Shown here: positions 12,466 through 26,132 of the stretch, piece after piece
How positions within the stretch are numbered: position 1 is the stretch's first letter
How the letters are laid out: each line of letters starts with the position of its first letter
Source of the DNA: Anthoceros angustus
Lineage: Eukaryota; Plantae; Anthocerotophyta
Direction: 5' to 3'
Assembly (NCBI GenBank): GCA_010909165.1
Contig: MU008162.1
Location: forward strand, 1,116,001-1,180,000
Length of the DNA stretch: 64,000 nt
The notes under the pieces: generated by a model
Seen by the model: only the letters and a program-made list of their open reading frames with translations
Told to the model about the DNA's origin: nothing
The model's database searches: none
Made by a program: the position numbers and the translations under genes

Positions 12466-15400
12466 TCAGCTTAGCAACTCGAAATCTGATGATGATGACA
12501 ATTGCTCACTCCATTCCCCGCACTGTAGAGGGTTGGATTTTTTCCTTTGGTGCGTGGGCAACTTCAACTCATGGGGAGCAGCAGGGGCTGGATGTACCGT
12601 GAAGAAATCATCCTTCAGTGCCTCATGGGCATTTACACGAGCTGCAGGGTTGTAGACGAGAAGCTTCTCCAGGAAACTCAGGCATGCCTTTGACGCTGTT
12701 GGAAACTTGTCGTGGAGAGAGAGAGGAGGTCGATTGTCCTGGAAAAAGATCTTATCATAATCTGGCAGTTTCGATACGCCTGGCCAGTTGCTCTCCGTTG
12801 GGGATCCAAGGAATCGTACAACCCTGCTCAGCTGATCAATATCATTGAGTCCTGGGAATAATGGGGCACCCGTTAGAAGCTCCGCAAAGATGAGGCCCAC
12901 AGACCACAAGTCAACTGCCCTGCCATACTCTGTAGCTCCGTACAGAAGTTCTGGAGCTCTGTACCATCGCGTCCCAACGCAATTTGTGAGGTCACCATTA
13001 TCTTCACTCCCACTCCTGCTCACTGAATCGTCACTTAAACCCATGCGGGGTTCCTCGGCGTGTCTCCCAGATGCTCTTGCAGGATCAACCCAAGCTTTCT
13101 CCCGGTTTGATGGAAACTGTATTGCTGCTTCCGAGGAAGCATCCTTGCCCTTGCTTGCAAACTGCGGGGGACTGTCTTGATGCATCTCATCCCATCCTGG
13201 TTCTCCTGCCAACTCCCCTACAGATCTCCCACTGTCCACCTCAAGATAGCTATCTCGAAGCTCTGGAGCTCCAAACCACCTAGTTTCTTCTGACCTTGCA
13301 AGACTGCCAGAATGGGGACCTTCAAGATCGCCCATGAGCCCATCTCTATCTGTACTCCACTCCCCAGATGCTTTCTCCCAACCATCTTGGCCACTCTCAC
13401 TCTCTTTCTCAACATCACTCCAATGCTTCAGACTTGAATCTGCAGTGAGCTGCAAGCCAAACTCGGTGCCATCTATATTTGACACATCAGAAAGGGAGGA
13501 CTTGGATTCACTCTGGTCGCCCACTGTTCTTACTCGCATAAAGTCAAATGGTTCAGAAGGTGAACCCCAGTCAGAGCCATTTCTTGCTTCCACTTCCAGC
13601 CTTCCTGGACAATAAAACTCAGCATTTGAGGACTCCTCTTCGTTCTCATACCCTAAAGCTGCTGGTGTTAGGAAATCAAACCGTCCAGATGGCGAAATCC
13701 AGCCAGTTCCCCCTTGAACAACGTCACCACCATGACTCGACATGCTTTTCAGAACCTTCTTAGGTGGAATTTGCAAAGTGCACTGAGAACTTGAGGAGCT
13801 GCTACCAACCTCACCCTTCAGTTGCTTAGGCCTAAGTTCAGAGGCAGGTTCCGGCAGGTTTTGATGTGGAACAACTGTCCTGCACTTTTCAACTCGGTCT
13901 GATGCAGAAAGTGGCCCCATTTCAGGACTCTTTTTTCGGGTTGGGTCCCACTCCACAAGGCCTTGGCCCTCCGAGAAGAAAACTCTCTGCCCACCTTTGT
14001 CTATTGCCAGCCTGGCATTCTCAGAAGCTCCCCTAATTCTTGGTACCCTGCTGGTCATGTCCCTAGATAAGCTTTGTCCGATGATCTTCCCTTTACTTGT
14101 GATAACACCCCAACACTTCAACTCCGAATTGTACCCCTGCCAACCCCTCCGATTGTGATACAACCCATAGACGCCTCCCCCCTGTTCCAAATTCCTTCGA
14201 GCTTCAAAAACACTCTGATCCCAGTTTTCCAAACTAAAACTCCCACCATCTTCGACACTTTTCTTATCATCCGACCCAGATGAGCCAATGTGAACTGGGC
14301 TCAGAGATTGATTCCTAGATCCTGTAACAGCACCAAGTGGGCTGGCATAGCGAGTGCCCTCACTGCTAATCCCTGGTTCTGCAAGTTGCATGAGACCACA
14401 AGTTGCGGAATTTGGTTGAGCCATCCCCTTCATGTCAGATGCTGCACCTGTCAAGGCCTCCGTTGTGGGAGCAAACTCAGTGGTCTTGTATATGCTAGCA
14501 GGAGCATTATCCCTCTTTTGTGTAGGTTCAAACCCAACAATTTGGATGCCTGCTTCAGTTCTTGGAAGGGAACGAGCTTTATCCCTCAAAAACTCCACAC
14601 CGCATGAGACTAAATTGTTCTTGGGCTGCTGACGTGACTGTGGCGGCTTCTGCCCGCGAGTGAGATCATGAGTTACTTCAGCTGCAGAGGTAGGTTCGCT
14701 TGAGCCCACATTTTCAGTATGCATTCTTCCAGAATCTAGGACACTCTTATTTCCAAAGGACCCCATTCCAAAACAACACGAACCCCTCAGTTTCGTCCCA
14801 GCACCGTTGTCACTCTGCTGCTCTGGAAGGTTATCAACCGTCCCCAGCTCTTCCTCGCTGGGAACACTCAAGTTATGTCCTGGGACCTGTGAACCTGGTA
14901 GATAGGCAGTGCTTCCTGTTGAAACAAGCAAACTAGAGGTACTGACATTTGAAGCACCGTCTTTGAACAAAGAAGGGGGAGGCATGATATTTGGCTCCAC
15001 CACACCTAGACACTCACCGTGATCCTCCAGACTGTTAGTATCACCAACCACTCTCAATGTTAGAACATCTGGTTCTGCACTCGACACTGGACCAAGCTGG
15101 TTATTAGTCATTAGTGAGGCAGCTGAACTTCTAAGCTTAGCCTGCCGTTCAACATTACTGGGCTGATCAATGCCATCCACCAGGGCCAACTCAGCTGCAG
15201 CCTCTGTTGCATGTGTTTGAAGATGTGAGATATTGCTGCCAAAATGCTTCCGTGGCACATTTCTTTCCATACCTTCCTCAGCCTGTTTCAAGTAGGGCTT
15301 GCCCTTAGAGCAGATTTTATCATCGAGTCTGCCATCACTCGTGTGGCTGCCATGCTGACCAAATAGACAGCCCCTATCGCCCATCACCTTGAGATCTTTG

Positions 15401-16747
15401 TCTAAGGACTGTGACCTTCCTGAAATAGTCTCCACCTTCTCCCCTTCATTCATCACTAAGCTACCACTTTGAATCAGTGATGGAACACATTGGCCCTGAT
15501 TTTCTTTATTATCAAACACAAGCAGCGCACTGTTGACTGGACTTAACCACCTGCCACTCCTCTGCCTATACTCATTATCAACTCCATCTTGGGGGCTCTC
15601 TGCCACTGGTCCCTGAAGATCTGCTACCTGCATACAGAGCCACCAGGCGAGCCATCAAGATCCAAGCATGAAGCTGTAACTTCATCCCGAAGTTTAAACC
15701 AAATCCGTCGACGCAAGTACTTGTCACTCAAATTCCAAACCCCTATTTTCATGCAGCATGCAAACAAAGATAAAAACCAAATGAACTCGTCACACGGAGA
15801 GCATAAAGTACCTTTTCCTGCTTTTCAGAGTATGTACCACCCTTCTTCAGGAATCCTTTCAACTTGTGGAAAAAGTCACTCTGCTTCTGACTGGTTGCGC
15901 CCTTCCTTCCAACGGTCCCATTGACAACCTCCTGCCCTTTTGTTCGAGCACAAGATTGAAACCCTCGACCAGGTGCGCCTGCATTGCCTTCTTGAGGATG
16001 GAAATAATTGCTATTATGAACAAACAAGGTCCCCTCCACATCGAGAACACCATCTTCTCCACCCAACATCGAACCCTTCTCACCAACTCTAGAGTCACCC
16101 CTTAACCTCGGTTTGAGCTCTTGCTGGATGTCCACAAAGCACGATGCATCTCCAGGCGTTCCCTCTGCAACCAGTCCTCCATACGCACAACTCTTGAGTG
16201 AACCTAGCAGTTCCGAACACGCCATACTCCTCTCAGGCTCCTCCCCAGCAGTGACCTCCAAATCGCTTTCCTGGATGACACGAGCAATCCCAAAGTCCGC
16301 AATCTTCAAAACCCCATCTGCCGAGACCAAAATATTGGACGGCTTCAAGTCACGATGCACAATCATGTTCGAGTGACAGGCAGCCAGCCCTCGAAGAACC
16401 TGCACCATAATCCCCTTGATGGCACTCTCCGGCAAGGGTCCAGCCGCAATGACCTCCGCCAAATTGGACTCCACATACTCCAGCACCAGCACAACACTAG
16501 ACCCCTGCTGCACATAATCAAGCAGCTTTACGACGTTAGGGTGACTGAGCCTCAGCAGCGCATCCAACTCCCTCCTCGAACTCTGAGCATGGTGCACCTC
16601 CTTCAACGCCACAACAACCTTGTCATCCCTCCGCCGAGCCTTGTACACATTCCCAAACCCCCCCTCCCCAATTTGCTTCAACACCTCGTACCGACCCCTC
16701 ACCTCGGAGCTTCCCATAAGCCCAAAAGGCCATCCCGCCATCTCCAC
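12466..16747 (-). CDS. CDKF1: CDKF-like CDK-activating kinase, ~1,365 aa, with a ~1,035-aa insertion between DFG and the activation-segment end
   Basis: Exons 16747-15812 and 15627-12466 (phase-0 GT-AG intron). N-lobe GEGGFG, VALKE, HRDLKPSN, DFGIAR; C-lobe LTNCVGTRWYRAPELLYGATEYG..VDLWS. An insertion at this position and the TxCVGTRW..ELLYG signature characterise plant CDKF. Confidence 0.85.
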
Positions 16748-16976
16748 TCAACCTCCTACTCTGAACACCCTACTCTACCCACACCCCGATCATTCCAACA
16801 ACCCACAACGTCCAATCCTTCCATCCACTCCCCCAACCGTAACCCAACACGCCAGCACGCGCAGTCGCAGACCCCACCACACTCCCCTGCACATCACACC
16901 CCCCCACGCGCCCTAGCGCCACATGCCCAGCAGCCTCCCCCCGGAGCTGGGCGTCCCAGGCCGCCGGCCCTGCACC

Positions 16977-17147
16977 TCAATCATCGTTCGGCTTCTGCGG
17001 CTTGCGGTAATTCTCCTCCAAGTGCCGCGCAATCACAATCCCCGTGTCGAACAAGGCCTTGATGTTGGGCACCTTGTAGTTCTGAGCCACATAGATCCCC
17101 ACCAGCGTACCCAGAGTGAAGGAGAAGGTGCTCCTTATGATGCCCAT
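16977..17147 (-). CDS. 56-aa short transmembrane protein (STMP1/DUF4535-like); below the ORF-track length cut-off
   Basis: MGIIRSTFSFTLGTLVGIYVAQNYKVPNIKALFDTGIVIARHLEENYRKPQKPNDD; GxYxAQNYxVPN and ExxYRKP are family signatures. Confidence 0.85.
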   Translation of the reverse strand: MGIIRSTFSFTLGTLVGIYVAQNYKVPNIKALFDTGIVIARHLEENYRKPQKPNDD

Positions 17148-17871
17148 GGCAGCTGGCCTGGCCCTCGCCCTCGCCCTGGCCCTCGCCCGCCTTCCTCCTC
17201 ACGCACAGCCCGGCCCAGACCAGCACAAGCTGCGCATGCGATCCACACCTCCCTGCACGGTACACACGAAGACATTCAACCGGCCGTCACCCTCCGCTCT
17301 TGGATCCGATTCCACCAAGCCCACATCCGCTCTCTCCTTTCACGCTCCGATGCAAGCAGCCTGATCACGCCAGAGCCAGGCAAACAGCGCTCATATCTTA
17401 TGGTTGAATTGCTTGCCTGAAAACACAGTTACCTGCTTGCTAAAAAGAGCGGCGCAGAATTCGGCTTCAAAAATAGTTTTTATTGCCTCGCCTTCCACCC
17501 TTCCTGGACTCCGATCCTGGATTTCCCACCCTCCACAAGCAGGTCTGGACCCAAGCCTACTCACCTCCGGGCCCTCGCCATGCACCCTCTTTACTAACCC
17601 GGCTCACTTCGATATTATGGATTTTACGAACACACCACCACTAAAGCAAAAGACAAGAACATCGTCTGCAGGTCTTAAACGAGCAAAAGTACCTACCTAA
17701 ACGGTAGGTACCTGGTCCACTGGCCTTGCATGTTGGACGTCATTGTACTGCTTGAAAGCATGAGCCAAGCTCGAATAGGTCTCTTTCATTTTTCTATTGT
17801 GGGATACATAATCCATGAAACTAGCACCGCGTTGTGACGATTGTCGAACATCCTTGTCGCGAGCAAATCTG

Positions 17872-19506
17872 TCACTCGTCCCAAAGCGAGTTGATAATGT
17901 CGTGGTCCACGGAGAAGGGCACCGTGAAAAATCTCCTCTGCACAAGAAGAGAAAATGTTAGAGAGCCGCACTTGCCGCCAGTTTCCATCGCACAGGCACC
18001 AGTACTGTGGGGATGCATTGCATACCTGCTCGATGGTGCTTATCTTGTCCATGTCATCATCGGGGATGCTCCAGGCGAGCACATCCAGGTTCTGAGCCAG
18101 CCGCTCTATTTTGACGGTTTTCGGTAGGACGCTCTGACCCATCTGAAGGCCCCAACGCAACGCCACCTGCGCTGGTGTCTTTCCGAGGTTCCGTGCAACT
18201 TCTGTGAGGATGGGATGGCTCAGAACAGAGAAAGTGGCGTACCTACTTCCTGCCGAGCCCATGGAAGCGTACGCCTGCACTCCACGATGTCAGAAGGGGA
18301 TTCAACAAATTGTACAGGAATTTGTAAACGGTGCACATTATGTTCCAGGTTCGGGTGACTCACTGATAGGTGGATCTGTTTTGACTCGCAGAAGGAGCGA
18401 AGCTGGCGCTGCTGCCACATGGGGTGACATTCGACCTGATTTACCGCTGGCGGGATTTTAGCACATGATAAAACCTCCTGCAGTTTCTTTATGCTGAAGT
18501 TGCTGACTCCAATGGCACGGACTTTCCCTGCTTGCACAAGCTTTTCCAAAGCCCTCCAGGTTGCCTCTACATCCCATGTAGTGATGTGCTCTGGCTGCAG
18601 GGGGTCTTTCGCGTCTTTTACAAGGGCAACCGGCCAGTGGATCTGACACAAGCAAGTTGAATTACGTTGTGTCAGCAAGTTTGTGTCTTCCAGAACTTAC
18701 AGAAACTGTAATGCACCCACAAAGACATGACTTTCAACCCGAATGAATGGTATACCAAATATAGGTCTATGTAGTCCAGCTGCAAGTCTCCAAGAACTCT
18801 GTCCACAGCGTGAGGAACCTCGTTTGGATCCAGTTCTGTAACCCTGCAGCACAATTGAAAGAAAACTGTTAAAGATGTTGCTGAATTCGAAGGCGTAAAA
18901 ACGGAAGCTGCGATGCTCATCAACCACTAGGCCAGCGCACCAGAGCTTCGACGTGATGAACAAATCTTCGCGTTTGATCTCTCCGGATTTGAAGAGCTCT
19001 TGAAGCGCATCTCCAATCTGTCATCAATTTTCTTCGGTTACCTTGCGTAACATGCAGAGTTTGCAGATCGTGATGCTATTCAAACTTAATTTACGTTCTA
19101 GGATATCAAATCAGAGGACCTCTTTCTGGTTTCTGTATGCAGTAGCACAATCAATGTGGCGGTAACCAGTCTGCAAGACAAAAGATAAGCGTGTCAGTCC
19201 TGCCTTGGCGTCTTCAACGCCTTTCAATCCTGAGCAGAAATCTAGACGCCTCGGTCAGCTACTCGGATTGCATGATGTCGACAAATCCCAGATGCCCTCA
19301 CAGAATTGCTGGACAGCCAAAGGACGCGAAATAGGAGGGGTTAGCTTTGCAAAGACAGGTGATCTAACCTGAATAGCTGCTTTCACTACATTCCCGATGA
19401 CACCCGGGTCAGCTTGCCATGTCCCAAGGCCAACTGCCGGCATCAGAGCTCCGGTATTGAGTGTGATAGCCAGAGGCTTGGCATCTCCAATCCCGCTCGT
19501 AACCAT
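17872..19506 (-). CDS. NADPH-dependent aldo-keto reductase (AKR4C-like), 7 exons
   Basis: [66 protein letters not shown]; catalytic D/Y/K/H present; ends ...SLWDE*. Confidence 0.92.
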
Positions 19507-20084
19507 CTTTGACTATCCCAGCGCTAGCTCCCTGCAGACGTGATACAAAACTCCGCAACAATGAACGCAAAGCTCCCAATGAAGCACAATTCAATAGCCC
19601 GAAACGAATCAAATCCAAGAACTCTCAGTATTACCGAAGCGTTCAAAACAACGTCAGATCCGAGGTCTGCAAACAGTCACATGCACTGATTCTAAGCAAT
19701 TCTTGCCAATTCAGTCCTGCGAAGGCAAGAAAGGAAGCTCCATGCGAATGCTCGACACTTGCAACAGGACAGTTGCGGTCATGAAGTTTGTGAGGAGCAA
19801 CTTTTTCTTTTACCATGGGGCCTCTACCACAACCTCCTTCGAGTGAATGAACCATGGGAAATATCAGTACCTTGCAATGTTGTACAACTGTAGAACTGCG
19901 TCGATCAAGGTCTGGGACACTTCAACAATTTGTGACTTGCTGCGCCTTTTCGCAGGAGGTTGCCACAAATGAGCCTGTGTTAAGACTACGATGATAAATC
20001 GCTTGCTAACACAATGTCAGATTGCCTTGCAGACAAGCCGCCAAGTGTGGTGTACACACGCACCTGGTTCACACAGGGCTCGGT

Positions 20085-20122
20085 AACCCTAAACCCTGGG
20101 TTTGGGTTTTAGACTAGGGTTT
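20085..20122. promoter_or_regulatory. Telo-box-like motifs in the divergent AKR/DExH promoter
   Basis: aaccctaaaccct...ctagggttt ~190 bp upstream of the helicase ATG; imperfect AAACCCTAA copies. Confidence 0.3.
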
Positions 20123-20309
20123 AATGGAGTAAGGCGAGTGGAGCTGGTTGCACCGTGTGCACCAAACTCGGTGCATCAACCACCTTGGACGGCCAGGCCA
20201 GCTTCGGGTCGTGAAGGGAATGGATCGTGAAATTCGTGAAATTTGAAGCATTGACGCCAGGAATTCGTGAATCCTGCTAGGGGGGTCTTGGGCAGTTGGC
20301 GAGGATTTG

Positions 20310-23300
20310 ATGCTGAAAAGGTCTGGCATTGGAGGGTTACATGCCGGGCCTTCGGGATTTTTGCAGCTGCAAGCATTCCAGATGCTGAAGATTGTGCGGT
20401 TCCAGTCGCAGCGCCGGCTCCTGCGACGGCCTGAGCTTTTCCACGGTCCATGGCTGGGCAGGGAATGTGACCTCGCTGTCGGGCTGTCGGGGCAGGTTGC
20501 GGAGGCGGAGGCAGGTGCTTCAAAGGTCAGCAGGGAGCGCAGGTCGGTATTGCAGTGTCTACGGAGCTACTGGCCTGCAACCAGGGCGTCGCTGGAGGAT
20601 GGATTGCCCCGGTTGAGGGAATCGGAGGGAGTGAAGCGGAGGAGGACGAGGGTGGTGAGTGTGAGGTCTGACAAGGCTCTGCTGCCGGCGCTTGGGAATG
20701 GCGATCGTGTAGCTGGTATTTTTGTTGGAGCAGCTGGGTATCGTCCGTTGGCTCTATCTTCAGCGCAGCAGACTCGGGGTTTGGCTTACCATTATGCAGA
20801 GGAACTGTCAGATGAGGACTCGGCGTCGTGTGACGAGAAGGTGGGCAGATATTGGCAGGCGGGATGTTGGGTCCGTGGAATGTGAGAGTGTGATGTGGGC
20901 TCCTTCCCGGGGCTGGCGATCTGCGTTGTCTGTGATTTAGTGTATGTTGTCATGAGCTGCAGTGGCGTGAATCGTTGCAGTTGACGAGTGTGTTGCGTTT
21001 CGTGAAAGCGTTCTTGCTGTATGCATTTTGTTAATGCGGAATGGTGCATTGTTCTTTTATTAGGATCCGGTGCGGTTTGTGGATCTCCAAGAGTGGGGCA
21101 AGAAGCTTGCTCGGTTCGTGAAGGAAGCAGACCAAGAATGGATTTCAAGGTCGAAGAAGGATGTCGGCGATTTTGACCAGATTACAGATCTTGTGAAGGA
21201 GTTTGGTCTCTATGGGTGTGTACCCTGACCTGGTTGGTTACATTAGGGGGTTATTGTGAGGTTGTGCTCCAGGTGAATTGACTGTGCGAATCACGTCCTT
21301 GCAGTCAGCTGTATGGGAAGGTGGTGGTCATCAGCAAAGTGCCTTTGCCTAATTATCGACCGGATTTGGATGACAAGCTTCCTCAGCGAGAGGTGAAATT
21401 CTGAGAACTGTTGTGTGGGTACGTCCATCATACTTACGATGGGGCTAATCAAGTGGTGCTGCAGATGTCTGTTGCAACTGTGGTGCATAAAAGCGTCCAC
21501 AATTTCCTTCAAGACCACCTTGATATGAAAAGGGCAAGCACGGCCAACCACGAAGGAGACAATGCCGCTTTGGACGGTAGCTTTCCAGGAAGCTATCAGG
21601 CTGGAGAACCTGAGGCCTGGAGAAGGGATGATTTATTCAGAACTAATGCAGAACGCCTTCCGAACGAGGTGCTGGAGAGGATGAATGAGAGGATGCGTGT
21701 CAAGCAACACGGATGGCAGGTTTTCTCCCTGGAAACTCAGGATTGTATCTGAGTTGTGGGCTGTGGCGTTTTATGTTTGGAGCTTTGATTTGACTGTTGT
21801 CTGAAGTATCTGCTGTGTTTGTTCCCAGGTGTCAGAGGCAGGTGAGAAGATGTTACAGATACGGAGAAAGCTCCCATCACATAAGGAAAGGGAGTCACTC
21901 CTTAGAGCTATAGCCGAGAATCAGGTTTGTTTTCCTGCGCTCAAGTCATGTCTGAGCCAAGATTGTCATGAGGGATTCCAATGTCGTGGAGAAGACAAAC
22001 CATTGCCTGGCAGCTGCATATGATTTGCTCAGAGTGGCTTGTCCGCTGGGTAATTGTGCAGGTTCTAGTAGTTTCAGGGGAGACAGGCTGTGGCAAAACA
22101 ACACAGCTGCCTCAGTATATTTTAGAGTCCGAAATTGAAGCTGGGCGTGGTTCCAGCTGCAATATTATCTGCACTCAACCAAGGCGTATATCTGCTATAT
22201 CAGTGGCTGAACGGGTGGCTGCAGAGAGGGGGGAGGAGATTGGTGATTCGGTACTTTCCTTACATTCAGAGAGCTTTGTTTGGTGTTTGGTAAGCAGCAT
22301 TCTGAATTGCAATTTACACTTGTTTTGGAGCAGGTAGGCTTTAAGGTACGATTGGAGGGGATGAGGGGCAGTAACACAAGGTTATTGTTTTGCACAACTG
22401 GGATTCTACTGCGGCGCTTGATGAGCGACCCAGAGTTGCAAGGGGTCACCCATGTTATTGTTGATGAGATTCATGAACGAGGCATGAATGAAGGTAAGAC
22501 GTTGTAATTGCTGCATTCACCTTTAGAATTAAGCAAACACGCTACGTTCTCTCTTGGCTTAGTGCTGATTGGTGGAAGGTGCCTCCAGATTTCCTGCTGA
22601 TTGTGCTGAAGGATCTTCTCCCTCGCCGGCCAGATTTGAGGTTGGTGCTTATGAGTGCCACACTCAATGCAGAGCTGTTTTCATCGTTCTTTGCTGATGC
22701 ACCCAGGACGCACATACCAGTAAGAACCTTTTACTTTCCGTTCTGCTTTCTTCTGTTCTTGATGACGCAATGTGTTCCGGGGTGTCTTCACCTGGCTGCT
22801 GACGTTTATTGTTGAACTCTCAGGGATTCACTCATCCTGTTGAGGCATATTTTCTGGAGCATATTCTGGAGAAGACAGGGCACAGGCTTACTGCCATCAA
22901 TCAACTTGATGATTATGGTTCAGACAAGATGTGGAAAAAGCATCGGCAGTTAGCAACTCGGAGGAAGCGGAATCAGCTGAATGGCATTGCAGAGGTAGGC
23001 ATCTGCTTGGAACTCACAAAGCTTGCACTCTGTATTCTTTTTCATAGTTTGGACACATCTGATTTCCTGGGTTTTGAGTGCAGGATGCCATGGCTGCCCA
23101 GCAATTTAGCAACTATAGTGAGAGGACTCAAGCATCCTTAGCTTGCTGGAGTGCCGATGGATTAGGATTTAACTTAATCATAAGGGTTTTGAGTCATATA
23201 TGTGAAGATGAGAGGGAAGGTGCAGTACTAGTGTTTATGACTGGATGGGAAGATATTGGTGCTTTGTTGGACCTATTGAAGGTGCATCCCATAGTAGGCG

Positions 23301-26132
23301 ACAAAAGATCTGTCTTGCTCCTTGGGTGTCATGGGTCAATGGGCACAGCGGAACAGGTATGTCTTTTCTCTGTTCCTTTCAGGGTTGTATGTTATTTTGG
23401 TTGTGAATGACAGAGACCACTGTGCTAACACCTGTAGCGATGTTCTGTCACAGAGACTCATCTTTGACAAGCCTCCACCTGGTATACGAAAAATTGTTCT
23501 GGCAACAAATATGGCTGAGACAAGTATCACCATTCCAGACGTTGTTTTTGTGGTGGATACTGGGAAATGCAAGGAAACATCATATGATGCTCTTAACAAC
23601 ACGCCTTGCCTACTACCTTCCTGGATTTCTCAGGCATCAGCGCGACAAGTAAGTCCATTGCCCTATCTGTCTTTCAGTTCAAAAGCAAGGAGGTTCTAGA
23701 TGCTATCCATTGTGGTTGTTAGAGTGAGATACAGGACGTGCCCTGCTTTTTGAGATTATGTTACTACTGGGACTGTTTACTGCCTGTTTCAGAGACGAGG
23801 GAGGGCTGGACGTGTCAAGCCTGGTGTCTGTTACCATCTGTATCCAAAGGCTGTTCATGATGCACTACCTGAATACCAGCAGCCAGAGCTGCTTCGCACT
23901 CCATTGCACTCATTGTGCTTACAAATCAAAAGTCTGCAACTTGGGAACATCTCAGCATTTTTGTCAAGAGCACTGCAACCACCTGAATCTCTTGCAGTAT
24001 GAATTCGCTGTACATTTGCCCCCTCTGTGCAGTTGCTCTGGACATCTGGTAGAGGTGTCATACTGTGTACTTTTCTGATCTGCTCGACCTTGGGTCCTCA
24101 GGTGAAGAATTCTGTGGAGCATCTGAAGACGATTGGTGCCTTAGATGAGGATGAGGAGCTGACTCACCTTGGTATGGGTCTTCTTTCGCCTTTTGACCTA
24201 GCTGCTTCCCTTTAGAAGAAGCAGCATGTAAGAGAAGCAGAAGCAGCATGTGGTGTGTAAAAGTCTGGTTTTGTAATATTGTGCTGATTCCTGCAGGCCG
24301 CCACTTATCCATGCTGCCCTTGGAGCCTAGGCTTGGCAAGATGTTGATTATGGGTGCCGTATTCAGGTGCTTGGATCCAGTGCTTACTATCGCTGCATCA
24401 TGTACTTCCAGAGATGCGTTTGTGATGCCCATGGACAAGAAACTTGTAAGTCTCCGGGGAGGCACATGGTGGCACTTCCAGCTGTTGCTCTTTGTTGTCT
24501 CCTTTTCGCGGCTCCCGTATGCTTATCATGAGCTGTGTTTTACGTAATAGGTCTCTTGAATTCTCCACATACAAATCTGAATGCATGGGCTTGGAAGACT
24601 GATTTCCTTTTGGCTTTGGCAGCATGCAGAGGAGGCAAAACGCAGATTTTCAGGACAGGATCTCAGTGATCACATGACTACAGTACGAGCGTACGAATCT
24701 TGGCAAACTGCTATGAGTCAAGGAGTGGCAACCGACTTCTGCTGGAGGCATTTCTTGTCCATGCAGACTTTATTAGGGATATCCTCACTCCGACGGCAGT
24801 TCATGGGCCTGTTAACGGAAGCTGGGTTTGTTGACAATCAACTGGGACTCAGTGATGAGTACAGCCATGACAGAGACATAGTACGCAGTGTCATCTGTTC
24901 TGCCCTATTTCCGGCAGTGGTGTCTGCTGTGGTGAGCAACCTTCCATCTCATAATACTCATTTTCACCTGACATTATGCATGTTGACTAACTTGTTAACC
25001 CATGTGTGAATGTACAGCATAGATCAAGGTCTACTTCTTTCAAGACGTTGGAAGATGGGCAAGTCAACCTCCATTCTGTAAGTGTTGTTTATATTTGGGT
25101 GTGTTTTCTGCCCATCAGGTGATTGAGCCAAAGGCTAACCATCCGTGCTTGCATCATGTGCAGTTATCAGTCAATTCACAGGAAACAATGTTTCATTACC
25201 CGTGGTTGGTGTTCAACGAGAAGTTGAAGACTAGTAGTGTATTTATTCGTGACTCCACAGGCATCTCGGACTCTATGCTGCTCTTATTTGGTGGACAAGT
25301 GAAGCGGGGAGGAGAGGTATGGCCAACAGAAAGGAATTGCCTGGCTTTTCTTTCTGATCCACCGTGGAGACACGGGGTTACTGTGTTCTAACTGCGGTTG
25401 TGGAAATATTTGCAGCCTGGGCACCTGGTCATGCGGGATGGGTATTTAGAATTCTTCATGAAACCTGAACTAGCAGATACGATCATGAAACTCAGAACAG
25501 AGCTGGACGACCTTGTCCAAAAGAAGGTTATCCCCAATCCTCTTCCCATCAGACATGCAATGTCTCCACAATTCTACCCAGGCTTAGGCTTGAGCTGACA
25601 CGTGAATCCTTTCATGCTGCAGCTTGCAAACCCCCAGGTAGACATATACAAGGAGGGCCTCAACGTGATGAAAGCAGTGATGGAGCTGGTGCACGGGGAC
25701 GACTGCGCAGGGAAGTGGGTGTTTGGGCGCAAACCAAAGCCCGTCACACCACCCAAGATCACCGACGTGCTGGATGTGAAGGGCCTCCTCTCCCAGATTC
25801 TGAAGAAGTCCGGGAAGAAGATGCCTCTGTACAAGACAAGGGAAGTGAAAGGACACCGTTTCCAGTCCATGATAGAAGTGAAGGGCCATGCGTTCCTGGG
25901 GGAGCCTGCAGTGGGCAAGAAGCAAGCAGAGAACAATGCAACTGTAATGGCTCTGGAATGGCTGACTGGCATTTCTGATGGCAAAAGGGTGCAGAACACG
26001 CAGGTAGTCCAGGACGCCAGAGCCTCATATCTGAACGCCGCCGAGTCCATCAAGAAGGCCCTCCTCCCCATCCCCCCCGAGTCTTCCAGGAAGCAGCGGA
26101 AGAATGGCAAGAGATTCAAGCTCAGTGCATAA
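20310..26132 (+). CDS. DExH-box ATP-dependent RNA helicase (DHX36/DExH3-DExH5-like) with C-terminal dsRBD, ~19 exons
   Basis: [46 protein letters not shown]2 ([11 protein letters not shown]), OB fold (YPWLVFNEK), dsRBD ([14 protein letters not shown]). Reading frame stays intact across all GT-AG junctions traced. Start could be 20310 or ~20382. Confidence 0.93.
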
